A stretch of DNA of 64,000 nt, from NCBI GenBank assembly GCA_965217895.1, contig CBDCJV010000002.1:128001-192000 (forward strand), read 5' to 3'. Within the stretch, counting starts at the first letter, position 1, and each line of letters begins with the position of its first letter. This document shows positions 19,986 to 30,140 of the stretch, piece after piece. The DNA is from Waterburya sp. GTDB taxonomy: Bacteria; Cyanobacteriota; Cyanobacteriia; Cyanobacteriales; Xenococcaceae. The notes beneath the pieces were generated by a model. The model was not told the origin of the DNA. It saw only the letters and a list, made by a program, of their open reading frames with translations, and did not search any database. Position numbers and translations under genes: made by a program.

Positions 19986-20984
19986 TTAGCTTCTTACTGC
20001 TGCTTCACTTTCAACTTTTTTAGGCTGAGAAGAATTAGCTCGCGTAGCCCGAAACATTCCAAAGCGACAAAGACCATTACCAAAAGCTAAACGCATAAGC
20101 AACAAGGTAGGTACCTCTCTTAAAGACTTAATCAAGCCAGACAAACCAAACAATATTAGTCCTTTGGGTTTTACTATTCCTTGCCAAATAGAATCAATCC
20201 AAGAAGGAAGAGTTGCTTGTGTCCAGTCATCGGTAACAACTTCCCCTTCAACCAAACCCGTCTCGGCTAAAAGCTCGCAAAAGCCTTCAATACTGGAGAA
20301 TGCAGGATGTGACCATTGATCTAATAGCTGCTGCATGACGGGTTTTTCCCAAAAGTTAAGGGGTATTTTGCGATCGTCGCGCTGATTCCAGTCTGCTACA
20401 GCTAAAATACCTCCAGGCTTTAGTACTCGTAATAATTCCTGGGCAAAAACTGCCTTGTCAGGCATATGTGGGCCAGCCTCAACTGACCAAACCACATCAA
20501 AACTAGCATCAGGGAAAGAAAGAGCCATGGCATCATCTACCTGAAACTTAGCATCAACTCCTTGCGGGGTTAGTTCTTGGGCGCGTTTGACCTGTTGTGG
20601 GCTAATAGTGACACCTGTAACCTTAAAACCATAATCTTTTGCCAAGATACGACTGCTGCCACCAATGCCACAGCCAACGTCCAACAAAGTAGTCCCCGTA
20701 GATAATTTAGCTAAACCACCCCACCGCACCATTTCATGCACAAAGTCATGTTTGGCAGCTATAAAGTCTTTTGATTTTGGCGGTGAACCATAATGTCCTA
20801 AATGAATATGTTCTCCCCAATAAAACTCCAAAATTCCGTCTTCAGTCCACTCATCGTAAGAGTTAGCGACAGAATCAGCAGATTGATAATTTCGTGCGGT
20901 TAATAAGTAAACGGCGATACTAACTGCTAGCAGCAACAGCAGCAACCCAATGATGTAAAGTAAATTCATTTGAAATAGACTCAA
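19986..20984 (-). CDS. SAM-dependent methyltransferase, MPBQ/MSBQ (tocopherol/plastoquinone) type
   Basis: LEFYWGEHIHLGHY, LDVGCGIGGS and SVEAGPHMPDK motifs. Confidence 0.85.
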   Translation of the reverse strand: MSLFQMNLLYIIGLLLLLLAVSIAVYLLTARNYQSADSVANSYDEWTEDGILEFYWGEHIHLGHYGSPPKSKDFIAAKHDFVHEMVRWGGLAKLSTGTTLLDVGCGIGGSSRILAKDYGFKVTGVTISPQQVKRAQELTPQGVDAKFQVDDAMALSFPDASFDVVWSVEAGPHMPDKAVFAQELLRVLKPGGILAVADWNQRDDRKIPLNFWEKPVMQQLLDQWSHPAFSSIEGFCELLAETGLVEGEVVTDDWTQATLPSWIDSIWQGIVKPKGLILFGLSGLIKSLREVPTLLLMRLAFGNGLCRFGMFRATRANSSQPKKVESEAAVRS

Positions 20985-21362
20985 TATTTTTTAAGCAATT
21001 TTCTATGTGGACGCGGTTCAGTTTAGTTTTTAACTGCATTATTTTGAACCTAGCAAATTGCGAAGTTGAGGTCAATTACAAAATAGCAAAGATCGCGATC
21101 GCGCTTTTAGTATCGCATCTTTAGAGAAGATATTAAAGCCAACATAGACAAAATTAAATAGTCATCTTGCTCAAAGAATGTTAATTGCCTGAAAGTTATA
21201 GCAATACGAGGCTGTGTCAGGACACTCCCTGCGAAGGATACCCCTTGGCTACTTACGAGCAATTAAAATTTCTGTCCTGGTCGATTAACGTACTGCGATA
21301 TATCTTGTTTTAACGTCCTTAAGTATTTATAATTATTGCTATATATTTCTATTTGATATGTA

Positions 21363-21602
21363 ATGACTTTATCGGAATTAGAATCGGGAACAATAGCGAT
21401 AGTAGAGCAAGTACTATTAAAATGCCAGGGACATGGCTTGGACAAAAGGTTGAAAGCAATAGGAATAATTCCTGATAAGCAAATTCAAGTTATACGCAAG
21501 GCAAGCTTTGGCGGACCATTACACGTTCGCGTCGGTACCACGACTGAAATTGCGATTCGTCACCAAGAAGCCAAGATGGTTCGAGTTCGCTTAAATAATT
21601 AA
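21363..21602 (+). CDS. feoA: Ferrous iron transport protein A
   Basis: RL.AIGI.P, GGPL.VRVG and IAIR..EA; upstream of feoB. Confidence 0.9.
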   Translation: MTLSELESGTIAIVEQVLLKCQGHGLDKRLKAIGIIPDKQIQVIRKASFGGPLHVRVGTTTEIAIRHQEAKMVRVRLNN

Positions 21603-21638
21603 ATAATAAATAAAATAAAGATAGATCATCAAAAATTT

Positions 21639-23465
21639 ATGAGTTGTCATAGCGGCAGAACGACGATTTTAAAAGGCGATCGCCTTAAACGAATTGTGTT
21701 GGTGGGAATGCCCAACACGGGAAAATCAACTTTTTTTAATCGCCTGACGGGTGCTGCTGCTGCAGTTGGTAATTGGCCAGGGATGACGGTAGATTTTCTT
21801 CAGGCTCAAATTAAAATTGACGGCAAACTCACAGAATTAGTAGATTTACCAGGAATTTATGATTTTAACGGCTTCTCTGACGATGAAAAAGTTGCGCGAC
21901 ATTTTCTAGAAAAGTTTCCTTTCGATCTAGTGATTGTTATACTTAATGCCTCTCAGATAGATCGTCAAATTAGCCTACCTCTGCAAATAAAAGCCTTGGG
22001 TTTTCCCGCCGTAGTTGTTCTCAATATGGCAGATGAAGCAGAGCAATACGGAGTGAAAATTGATACGCATGAGTTATCACAACGCCTGGGTATGCCCTGC
22101 GTACTCGTCAGTGCCAAGTACGGTAAAGGATATGCTAACGCCTACCGAGAGATCTCTTATGCTCTCAAAGAACAAGGCGATCGCCTCAAAAATATTCAAC
22201 CCTGTTTAGGCAACTGCGCCGATATTACCCCCAAGAAAATCGAATCGGTCTTAGCTGGGGCAGTAACCATGCCTCAAAGTGTAGGGATTAATTTAACTAC
22301 TAGGCTCGATCGCATTCTGTTACACCCAGTTTGGGGATTGCCTCTATTTTTTCTGGGGATGTATTTAGTTTTCTCACTTATTTGGAACTTGGGCTTACCT
22401 GCTCAAGGTTTGGTAGGAGATCTAACCGACTGGCTGCAAACAAGCCTGATTGAGCCAATTCTCCAGCCTTTTCCTGAAGTTGTGCAGAGTTTTTTCATTG
22501 ATGGCATTTGGAATGGATTGGCTACGGTAACTGGTTTTGTGCCTTTAATTATTCTATTTTTTATCTTGATGGCGGTTTTAGAAGATAGTGGCTATCTTTC
22601 TCGTTCGGCTTATTTAATGGATGCCTTAATGGTAAGGATTGGTTTAGATGGTCGCAGTTTTGTGATGCAGATGATGGGATTTGGCTGTAATGTTCCAGCC
22701 TTGATGGGAACTAGAGTGATGCGTTCTCAATCATTAAGATTCCTGACCATGCTGACAATCCCTTTTGCCTTGTGTTCGGCTCGGCTTCAGGTCTTTGTCT
22801 TTATTATTGCTGCGGTCTTTCCTAATGGGAATGGGGCAATTGTCTTATTTTCTCTCTATTTACTCAGTTTTGTAGCAGCGATCGCGACTGCTGCTGTGTT
22901 TCAAGGAATGTTTAAAAATGATGAGCCGTTTGTTTTAGAACTACCTCCCTATCGTTTCCCCACTTGGAAACAGGTAATTGTTAGAGGTTGGGGCGAAGTC
23001 AAGCATTTTTTAACCAGAGCATCAGGCTTTATTACCTTCGGCTGCATTGCAGCGTGGGCTGTCACTAACTTGCCTCCTGGGGCAACAGGATTAGATACTA
23101 TTGGCGGTCAAATGGGTCAATTTTTTGCTCCTATTATGGCTCCTGTGGGCATCGATCCTTACCTAACTTTGGCACTAATTTTTGGTTTTGTGGCAAAGGA
23201 AATTGTAGTGGGTTCATTGGCGGTAATCTATGGCTTAAATGCGATCGCCGTTACTGGTCATATTACCGAAACCGTAAGCTTTGCCCAAGGGTATAGCTTC
23301 TGTATCTTTTGCTTACTTTATACTCCCTGCTTGACTACAGTAGCAACACTTTTGAATGAGTCAAAATCGTGGAAATTTACGTTGTTTTCTTTGGCTTTTT
23401 CTTTAGGATTAGCATGGGTGGCAAGCTTTTGTTTTTACCAAACAGCTTTATTGTTAGGATTTTAA
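21639..23465 (+). CDS. feoB: Ferrous iron transport protein B
   Basis: G.PNTGKST, GNWPG.TV, DLPG and NMAD GTPase motifs; GFGCNVPA, CSARL and ELPPY gate motifs. Confidence 0.95.
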   Translation: MSCHSGRTTILKGDRLKRIVLVGMPNTGKSTFFNRLTGAAAAVGNWPGMTVDFLQAQIKIDGKLTELVDLPGIYDFNGFSDDEKVARHFLEKFPFDLVIVILNASQIDRQISLPLQIKALGFPAVVVLNMADEAEQYGVKIDTHELSQRLGMPCVLVSAKYGKGYANAYREISYALKEQGDRLKNIQPCLGNCADITPKKIESVLAGAVTMPQSVGINLTTRLDRILLHPVWGLPLFFLGMYLVFSLIWNLGLPAQGLVGDLTDWLQTSLIEPILQPFPEVVQSFFIDGIWNGLATVTGFVPLIILFFILMAVLEDSGYLSRSAYLMDALMVRIGLDGRSFVMQMMGFGCNVPALMGTRVMRSQSLRFLTMLTIPFALCSARLQVFVFIIAAVFPNGNGAIVLFSLYLLSFVAAIATAAVFQGMFKNDEPFVLELPPYRFPTWKQVIVRGWGEVKHFLTRASGFITFGCIAAWAVTNLPPGATGLDTIGGQMGQFFAPIMAPVGIDPYLTLALIFGFVAKEIVVGSLAVIYGLNAIAVTGHITETVSFAQGYSFCIFCLLYTPCLTTVATLLNESKSWKFTLFSLAFSLGLAWVASFCFYQTALLLGF

Positions 23466-23494
23466 TAGTTGAAATAGGAATTTCTGAACTGGCA

Positions 23495-24028
23495 TTACTT
23501 ACTTTTGTTTCTTTGACGACTAAACCAGGTTTGTAATTGCTGACGACAAGCAGTCTCTTTAATTCCCGCCAACACCTGTAGTCGGTGATGAGAACATTCA
23601 CTATCTGGTAAATTAACTACGGTACGAATTGCGCCTGACTTTGGCTCATCTGCACCATAAACAAGTAAACTCAGGCGTGATTGAATAATTGCTCCAGCAC
23701 ACATAGCACAAGGCTCTAGAGTGACATAAAGAGTACAATTTTGCAGACACCAATTTTGCTTGACTCGGCTCGCAGCACGAATCGCTTCAATTTCGGCGTG
23801 GGCGGTAGGGTCTTGATTTTTTTCTTTTTGATTAGCAGCCTCAGACAGTAAATTTCCCTGAGAATCAACTATCACAGCCCCCACAGGCACTTCTCCGTTT
23901 TCTCCTGCCTTTTGTGCCAGTTCAAGAGCATAGGTCATCCAATGACAGTGAACCAAATAAGCACTGTAATCTAGCTGATCAAAAGTTTTTTCAACTTGAC
24001 GATAACGTGATGACAAATGTTTTGCCAT
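23495..24028 (-). CDS. tadA: tRNA adenosine(34) deaminase
   Basis: GEVPVGAV, TAHAE and TLEPCAMC motifs. Confidence 0.92.
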   Translation of the reverse strand: MAKHLSSRYRQVEKTFDQLDYSAYLVHCHWMTYALELAQKAGENGEVPVGAVIVDSQGNLLSEAANQKEKNQDPTAHAEIEAIRAASRVKQNWCLQNCTLYVTLEPCAMCAGAIIQSRLSLLVYGADEPKSGAIRTVVNLPDSECSHHRLQVLAGIKETACRQQLQTWFSRQRNKSK

Positions 24029-24135
24029 TGAGTAAAACCCTTAAAAATATACACAATTACAGATTTACCTAATCTTAAAAACTATTAAACTATCGTTAAA
24101 CCTCGCAGTACAAATATTTATTTTTAAGCCTGAAA

Positions 24136-24705
24136 ATGAAAGCAGCAGAAATATCAACTGTTTTAGAGCAGTTATTTGACCAAAACGATATCAAGCATGA
24201 TGTAAACGAAGCTTGGCAAATTAAAAATTTCCAGATTCATTTGCTGGTAATTCTCTCAGAAGATAGTTCTTGGTTGAGACTATTAACTCCTATTGCAACA
24301 GCTTCCGAAGCCCAGTCATTATTACCTCAGCTATTAGAAGATAATTTCGATCTCACCCAAGAAGTTCGCTATGCAATTAATCAGGATGTTTTATGGGGTG
24401 TATATCATCACCGCTTAGAAAGCCTAACAGCAGAAGATTTGAAAAGCGCGATCGCATCTTTACAAAATCTTATAGCCAAAGGACTTTCAGGCTCTTTTAA
24501 TCAGATGATTGAAAAGCAAATCATTCAAATTGTCAAAGCTGCCAAAGCTCAAGGACAAACCTTAGAAGCTACCTATCAAACTATAGATAGATTCTACCAA
24601 GAAGGAGTAATGGGGGGAATCGATCAAGATCCAAATCAAAGAGAGCAATTTTTAGCAGCTTGGAAGTCTCAGTTAGAGCGTTTGTGGTCTGAGGTTGAGG
24701 TTTAA
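24136..24705 (+). CDS. Conserved hypothetical protein (YbjN/T3SS-chaperone-like N-terminus)
   Basis: WLRLL.PIA, LLE.NFD.TQEVRYA and FY.EG.MG motifs. Confidence 0.6.
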   Translation: MKAAEISTVLEQLFDQNDIKHDVNEAWQIKNFQIHLLVILSEDSSWLRLLTPIATASEAQSLLPQLLEDNFDLTQEVRYAINQDVLWGVYHHRLESLTAEDLKSAIASLQNLIAKGLSGSFNQMIEKQIIQIVKAAKAQGQTLEATYQTIDRFYQEGVMGGIDQDPNQREQFLAAWKSQLERLWSEVEV

Positions 24706-24950
24706 TTTTTTGTTCCGTCATTTTAATTAGCAATACTACAATTGGCTGGAAAATAATCTAGCTTCGAGCTTTTAGTTTCCAGCTATTAGCCATCAAATAT
24801 TTATCAATTTATCAATAGTTGCCAAACAAAATCTATTTTTGCTTTTAAATCAATATATTTAGCATTAAACATTAACAATAAAACACAAGCCTTAAATTTT
24901 TGTTAATTGGATGGGAACTATATAAATAACCATCTAAAAATTCTTGAAAA

Positions 24951-25295
24951 ATGGAATTATTTAATCCATCTATAGAACAGCTAGTTTTAGAAATAATAGC
25001 TGTCAATCATGCCTGGAAAGAAGCTAAAGATTTATTTGACCATGCAGATAACTCTTTAGCTAATTCTCTCAGAGATTTAAAAGCACGTTTGCAGGTAAGA
25101 CTTTTGCGTAACTATGCGCCAAGTCGAGTTTATCTGACAGTAGATACAAATCCCAATTCAGATTATGACGAACCTCTTTATGGTTTGCAACTGGTGACAT
25201 CAGTAAATGGTAGGCAAGATGCTGCACATATGCCTACAAGAGTTGCAGAACAAAATTTGTCAGCACAAGAGTTAGAGCAATTTGTTAAAAGCTAG
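24951..25295 (+). CDS. Hypothetical protein, first gene of the Zorya-like operon
   Basis: 114-aa ORF ending 20 bp before zorA on the same strand. Confidence 0.7.
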   Translation: MELFNPSIEQLVLEIIAVNHAWKEAKDLFDHADNSLANSLRDLKARLQVRLLRNYAPSRVYLTVDTNPNSDYDEPLYGLQLVTSVNGRQDAAHMPTRVAEQNLSAQELEQFVKS

Positions 25296-25315
25296 TTTTG
25301 AAGGAGTAGACAAAA

Positions 25316-27436
25316 ATGACTAATTTTTTGATTAATCTTGCATTTTGTTTGATTATTGTCGGGATAGCAATTTGGATTGGTATCAAGGAGCAAAAATTCT
25401 CAAGTGATTATCAAAACAAAGATTTTCTTATAGTTAACAACTCTATCAAAGAGTTAACAGAATACAAACGAGAGCAAAGAAATAATTTTATACAAGTTCA
25501 AGAAGAATCAACTGAAATTATCAGATGGCTTGCTCAACATCTTAAAGGAGAATCCAGGTCATTAGCTTTCAAGCCAGAACAAGATAAAAATCTTGATTTT
25601 ATTTTGCTTTCCTACCCATCTATTCTAGGAAAACCCGTACCTCGAAGTCCTGTTAGCTTTGCTCCTGCTTTATTAACCGCAATTGGTATTCTAGGAACTT
25701 TTACTGGTATCTTCTTGGGTTTACAAGGAGTGAATTTAGGAAATCTAAATGATGTTCAGGCACTTATAGAGGCTAGTCAAAAGTTATTAGCAGGAATGAA
25801 AACAGCTTTTGCGACTTCTCTGTTTGGGATGGGTGCTGCTATTTTTTTTATTTTATATTTGTCTTGGGAAGAGAGAAAACGCACTAAAGTTCGCAACAAT
25901 TGGCGTAAAGAACTAAGTGAGATTGCTTTTGTAGAAAGTCCTAATCATCTTTTATCTCGTTTGGATAACGAAGGAAATATAGAAGTAGTTAAAACTCTGC
26001 AAAATGTAGCTAATAATTTATCTGGTTTGAATGCTGACGTAATTGCTAATGCGGTTAAAAGTGCGATCGCATCACCAGATAGTCCTTTAGTTTTAGAATT
26101 AAAAAAAATTATCAGCAATACATCGAGTTTATCTAATCTAACTCCAAATGCGATCGCGTCTGCCACAACTGATAAATTTATACTCTTACTTAATCCTATT
26201 TCTCAAGAAATAAGACAACTGCGAGAGCTTCAAGAAAGCCAAGGACAAACTGTCGAAAGTTTAGTTAAACAATTACGTAATGAATTAATCGAACCTGTTG
26301 TTACTAGATTAGACCAAAGTGCAGCACTAACGAAAGAAGCCTCTGTAGCAGTAACCGAATTGAAAAATGAATTAGGCGGTATTAGCCAGAGTTTAGCAGG
26401 TGCTGTAACAACTATTCAAAGTTTTCAGCAGGATACTCTAAGTCGTCTGCAAGAATTTGCTGCAAATTTACAATCTATTCTCGGTCAATTCCGTACCGAT
26501 ACTCAAGGAGTAATGGAACAAGTTGCTGTAGAAATTCAGCAAGCAGTAAGCCAAAGTATTACAGGAATGGAAGCACAAAGAACTGCTTTTGAAGCTAGCG
26601 CAAGTCAAGCATCTCAAACTTTTAAGGGAATTAGGGAAGATTTACAAGCAGCACTTAGTACCCAAGCCGAACAACAAAAGCAAATGTTACAGGATGTTCA
26701 AACCTCAACAGAGAGTGTATTGGCTGAAGCTAACGAAGCTTTCTCGAATCAGTCTAATACTTTGGTAACAGTAGGAAAAGAAGCTTCGGGATTAATGAGC
26801 GAAGCTAAAGAGAATTTCCTTGGTACATTGAGCAACATCGACGGAATGCTCCAAAATACTCGTCTTACAGTGCAAGAGGAGTTAGAACAATTCCGCCTCG
26901 ACTATCAAGCAGCGTTGCAAGATTTCTTTACTCAGCAGAATAATTTACTCAACGACACATTAGGAAAACAAAGAGAAGGATTAGCAGGAGTGGTGGTCAA
27001 CCTACAGCAAACCTTTAATGAAGAAGCGACACAACGAAAAGAAATGACCGAACAAGTAGACCAAAGTTTAGACAGAATCGGAGCAACAGTCAAAACTGTA
27101 AATACTTTAGCCAGTGCAATGGGTATGACTTCCAGTGAACGTTTGGGTCAACTACAAGAACTAGCTCGCACTATTGGTAGCGAAGCGCATCGCGTAGAAC
27201 ATAGTTATCAGAACATGACCGAACAGTTTAATAAAGCTCTACAGGATGGCAACGAGAAGCTAAATGATTACCTTAAACAAGCTGATGAAACTTATACTAG
27301 AAGTATACAAGACGCGGATAAAGCTGCTGCTGAAGTTTGTATCCAATTAAACGAAACTTCTCACGGTTTGATGAGTGTAGCTGAGTTTTTAGTATCTGCT
27401 GCTAAAGAAATAAAAAACAGCAATGGAGGTAACTAA
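25316..27436 (+). CDS. zorA: Zorya ZorA-like protein (MotA/TolQ/ExbB channel with a long helical tail)
   Basis: LTAIGILGTFTGI and GMKTAFATSLFGM TM motifs, then a ~500-aa Q/E/A/L-rich helical tail. Confidence 0.85.
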   Translation: MTNFLINLAFCLIIVGIAIWIGIKEQKFSSDYQNKDFLIVNNSIKELTEYKREQRNNFIQVQEESTEIIRWLAQHLKGESRSLAFKPEQDKNLDFILLSYPSILGKPVPRSPVSFAPALLTAIGILGTFTGIFLGLQGVNLGNLNDVQALIEASQKLLAGMKTAFATSLFGMGAAIFFILYLSWEERKRTKVRNNWRKELSEIAFVESPNHLLSRLDNEGNIEVVKTLQNVANNLSGLNADVIANAVKSAIASPDSPLVLELKKIISNTSSLSNLTPNAIASATTDKFILLLNPISQEIRQLRELQESQGQTVESLVKQLRNELIEPVVTRLDQSAALTKEASVAVTELKNELGGISQSLAGAVTTIQSFQQDTLSRLQEFAANLQSILGQFRTDTQGVMEQVAVEIQQAVSQSITGMEAQRTAFEASASQASQTFKGIREDLQAALSTQAEQQKQMLQDVQTSTESVLAEANEAFSNQSNTLVTVGKEASGLMSEAKENFLGTLSNIDGMLQNTRLTVQEELEQFRLDYQAALQDFFTQQNNLLNDTLGKQREGLAGVVVNLQQTFNEEATQRKEMTEQVDQSLDRIGATVKTVNTLASAMGMTSSERLGQLQELARTIGSEAHRVEHSYQNMTEQFNKALQDGNEKLNDYLKQADETYTRSIQDADKAAAEVCIQLNETSHGLMSVAEFLVSAAKEIKNSNGGN

Positions 27437-27438
27437 CT

Positions 27439-28140
27439 ATGAACTCTTTTGAACACTTTGAACCAGATACAGAAGCAGAAGAAGATAATTCTGGCATTTG
27501 GCTATCTATTAGCGATTTAATGTCTGGGTTATTGATGTTTTTTGCTTTATTGTTTATTGTGGTGCAGGTTCAACTTCAACAGAAAATAATTGAAGCGGAA
27601 AGATTAGAAAAACAATTAGAAACCTATAAAAGAATAATCGATCAATTACCTTTAAGAATTATCAGTGCTATTGAAGGAAAGTTTGGTCAGGGAATCGTTG
27701 AAATCGATCCCAAAACAGGAGATGTAAAAATAGGCGATCGCATTCTTTTTGATGATGGAAGTGCAGAATTAAAGCCAGTAGGAAAACAATTTCTCAAACG
27801 GTTTATTCCTATCTATAGTGATGTTATTTTTTCTGACACGCTTTTTGAAAGTCAGATTACTCGTGTAGTTATTGAAGGTCATACCAGTTCTAAAGGCTCA
27901 GATGAAGGCAATATGGAGTTAAGTCTCAGACGCGCTTTATCAGTATCAGATTATATTTTTTCTCAACAGTTAAATTTTAAGACTAAACAACAGTTTAAGC
28001 AAAAAATTATGGCATCTGGGAGAGGTGAAATAGATGCAGATAAAAGTAAGGATAATCCAAGCGATCGCAAGGTAGTATTCCGTTTCCAATTCCGACAAAT
28101 TAACTTTGATAATTTAGAGCAAGACATTGTTAATCCATAA
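27439..28140 (+). CDS. zorB: Zorya ZorB-like protein (MotB/OmpA peptidoglycan-binding)
   Basis: W.SISDLMSGL TM carrying the conserved Asp; IEGHTS...N.ELS.RRA.SV and DRKV OmpA motifs. Confidence 0.88.
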   Translation: MNSFEHFEPDTEAEEDNSGIWLSISDLMSGLLMFFALLFIVVQVQLQQKIIEAERLEKQLETYKRIIDQLPLRIISAIEGKFGQGIVEIDPKTGDVKIGDRILFDDGSAELKPVGKQFLKRFIPIYSDVIFSDTLFESQITRVVIEGHTSSKGSDEGNMELSLRRALSVSDYIFSQQLNFKTKQQFKQKIMASGRGEIDADKSKDNPSDRKVVFRFQFRQINFDNLEQDIVNP

Positions 28141-28148
28141 CTATAAAA

Positions 28149-29636
28149 ATGAATATTCAATTTCGCAAAATACATTTGCCTGCACTACCAGAAATCAATG
28201 CACGCGCTTTAATTAAGTTAGCAGGGAACTATGGGAATAGTGATTTAAAATCACCCTTTTTACCTGCTGGTGTGACTAAAAGCCAAATTGTTTCTCGTTC
28301 TAATCTAGATGAAATTATTCAAGATCTTGAAAATGGTAAAGCTAAAAATATTACTGTTTTAGAATGGGTTCACTGTCTTTACAACAAAGATAAATGGGAT
28401 GCCAAAAATCCAGATCAAAGTATATCGACTTCCCAAAAAATTTGGAAAGCAGCAGAACAAAATCCTTGGCTAAAACAGAGATTATTTTGGAGTTTAATTT
28501 TCAACTACGATGACAAGGAAATATTGCCTTCATCTTTAAAGAAGACTTACTCATCTTTCTGCCCTCAAAATCAAATAGATAGAGAAAAGTTAGAAATAGT
28601 TCAAATTATTACAGTATCCGAACCAGCAAACAAGTTAGTAATATTGTGTCGTCAAAAACTTTTTACTCCTAATCAACTTTTCCAAAAATATCAGCTTCCA
28701 GGCAAAGCCTCAATCTTAGAGAAAACTTTAGATAATATTATTACTGAATTTTCTTCAATTGCTACTTTTAATCGCCAACAAGTTAAATGGCTGTTGCAAT
28801 GTTTAGAGGAAATGAAGACAACACAGCAAACAAAAGCTGTAGAACAATTGTTAACCAAAGTCGATCCCAAACTTGGCGCAGAACATCCAGAATTAATTAA
28901 TTGGTTACGTCAACATTATGGTTTTTCTGTAATTAATTCTCGTTGGGATGAACTATCTTCAGAAGCTAAAGCAGCAATGCGAAAATGGCTTGGTGCAGTT
29001 AGTTATCAAGATTTCCAAAGATTAGTTAGTTTAATTTTAGATCGACTAAGTTTAGCAGATCACGAACATAGACGATTAAAAAACCGTAGTGGATTTTGGT
29101 CAAACTACAGCGATCGCTTTGAACGTATTCGGATATTATTACCTGAAAGTTCAGTCAATATTTTAGGTAATTATCTTAATAATCAAGATGTTAGTATTTT
29201 ACTAAATGATGGCAGCGATGCTACAGAAGTATGTATTTTTGATTTTGGTGATTGGTTTGTAGTTGAGTTTTTTCGCGGTAATGGTAGTGAAACTCGGATT
29301 TTCAAAAAAGACGCTGAAAGCGAACAAAATCTATTTCACTCTCAACTATCGATTAAAAAACTTCGTTGCTTAGATTCAAATAATGGAATTCACGACCATG
29401 TAATTTGTTGGCAATATTTTTGCGAACAGTGGCTTAGACAAAGAAGCATTATACCAAATAAAGGAACTGAACGCTTTAAAGGTTTACCTTATAAATACAA
29501 TGAATACAATACTAAAACAGGACTGCCTAAACCTTCATCCGAAAACATGAGAAAACGCGATCATAGTTTAGACTATTGGAAAAGAGATATATCTAACATA
29601 GAACAAGAAGCAAAAAAATACTGTAGTAACAATTAA
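28149..29636 (+). CDS. zorC: EH-signature domain protein (ZorC-like)
   Basis: R..FW.NY, C-terminal FVVEFFRG and H...WQ pattern; 8 bp after zorB. Confidence 0.75.
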   Translation: MNIQFRKIHLPALPEINARALIKLAGNYGNSDLKSPFLPAGVTKSQIVSRSNLDEIIQDLENGKAKNITVLEWVHCLYNKDKWDAKNPDQSISTSQKIWKAAEQNPWLKQRLFWSLIFNYDDKEILPSSLKKTYSSFCPQNQIDREKLEIVQIITVSEPANKLVILCRQKLFTPNQLFQKYQLPGKASILEKTLDNIITEFSSIATFNRQQVKWLLQCLEEMKTTQQTKAVEQLLTKVDPKLGAEHPELINWLRQHYGFSVINSRWDELSSEAKAAMRKWLGAVSYQDFQRLVSLILDRLSLADHEHRRLKNRSGFWSNYSDRFERIRILLPESSVNILGNYLNNQDVSILLNDGSDATEVCIFDFGDWFVVEFFRGNGSETRIFKKDAESEQNLFHSQLSIKKLRCLDSNNGIHDHVICWQYFCEQWLRQRSIIPNKGTERFKGLPYKYNEYNTKTGLPKPSSENMRKRDHSLDYWKRDISNIEQEAKKYCSNN

Positions 29637-29685
29637 ATAATAAGATCTAAATTAACAATCGCACTTTATATATTGTTTCAAAACA

Positions 29686-30096
29686 ATGAAAAACCTACAA
29701 AGAGAACTTGTAGAGATTTTAAAAGAAGATTATCAACATTTTCCTGAGAATCAAACTTTTGATATCTACGCAGACGATGTTTACTTTAAAGATCCTTTAA
29801 ATGAATTTCGGGGACTTAAAAAGTATCAGGCAATGATCGGCTTTTTAAATAACTTCTTTAGCAATGTTGAAATGGAAGTATATAACGTAACTCAAGAAGG
29901 TGCAAAAATAAAAACCGAATGGACGTTAAATATGACTCCTCCCTTACCTTGGAAACCCCGCTTATCAATTCCTGGCTGGAGTGAATTAGGAATTAACGAT
30001 GATAATTTAATTTCATCGCATATTGACTACTGGCATATTTCACCCTGGAATGTTTTGCGCCAAAATTTCTTTTCGGGTAAAAAAGCGTCACAATAA
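29686..30096 (+). CDS. DUF2358 (NTF2-like) protein
   Basis: [22 protein letters not shown] and HIDYW motifs. Confidence 0.8.
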   Translation: MKNLQRELVEILKEDYQHFPENQTFDIYADDVYFKDPLNEFRGLKKYQAMIGFLNNFFSNVEMEVYNVTQEGAKIKTEWTLNMTPPLPWKPRLSIPGWSELGINDDNLISSHIDYWHISPWNVLRQNFFSGKKASQ

Positions 30097-30140
30097 AGTT
30101 AAGTAATGTAAATATATTTAATTTAGGATCTAAATTTTTT

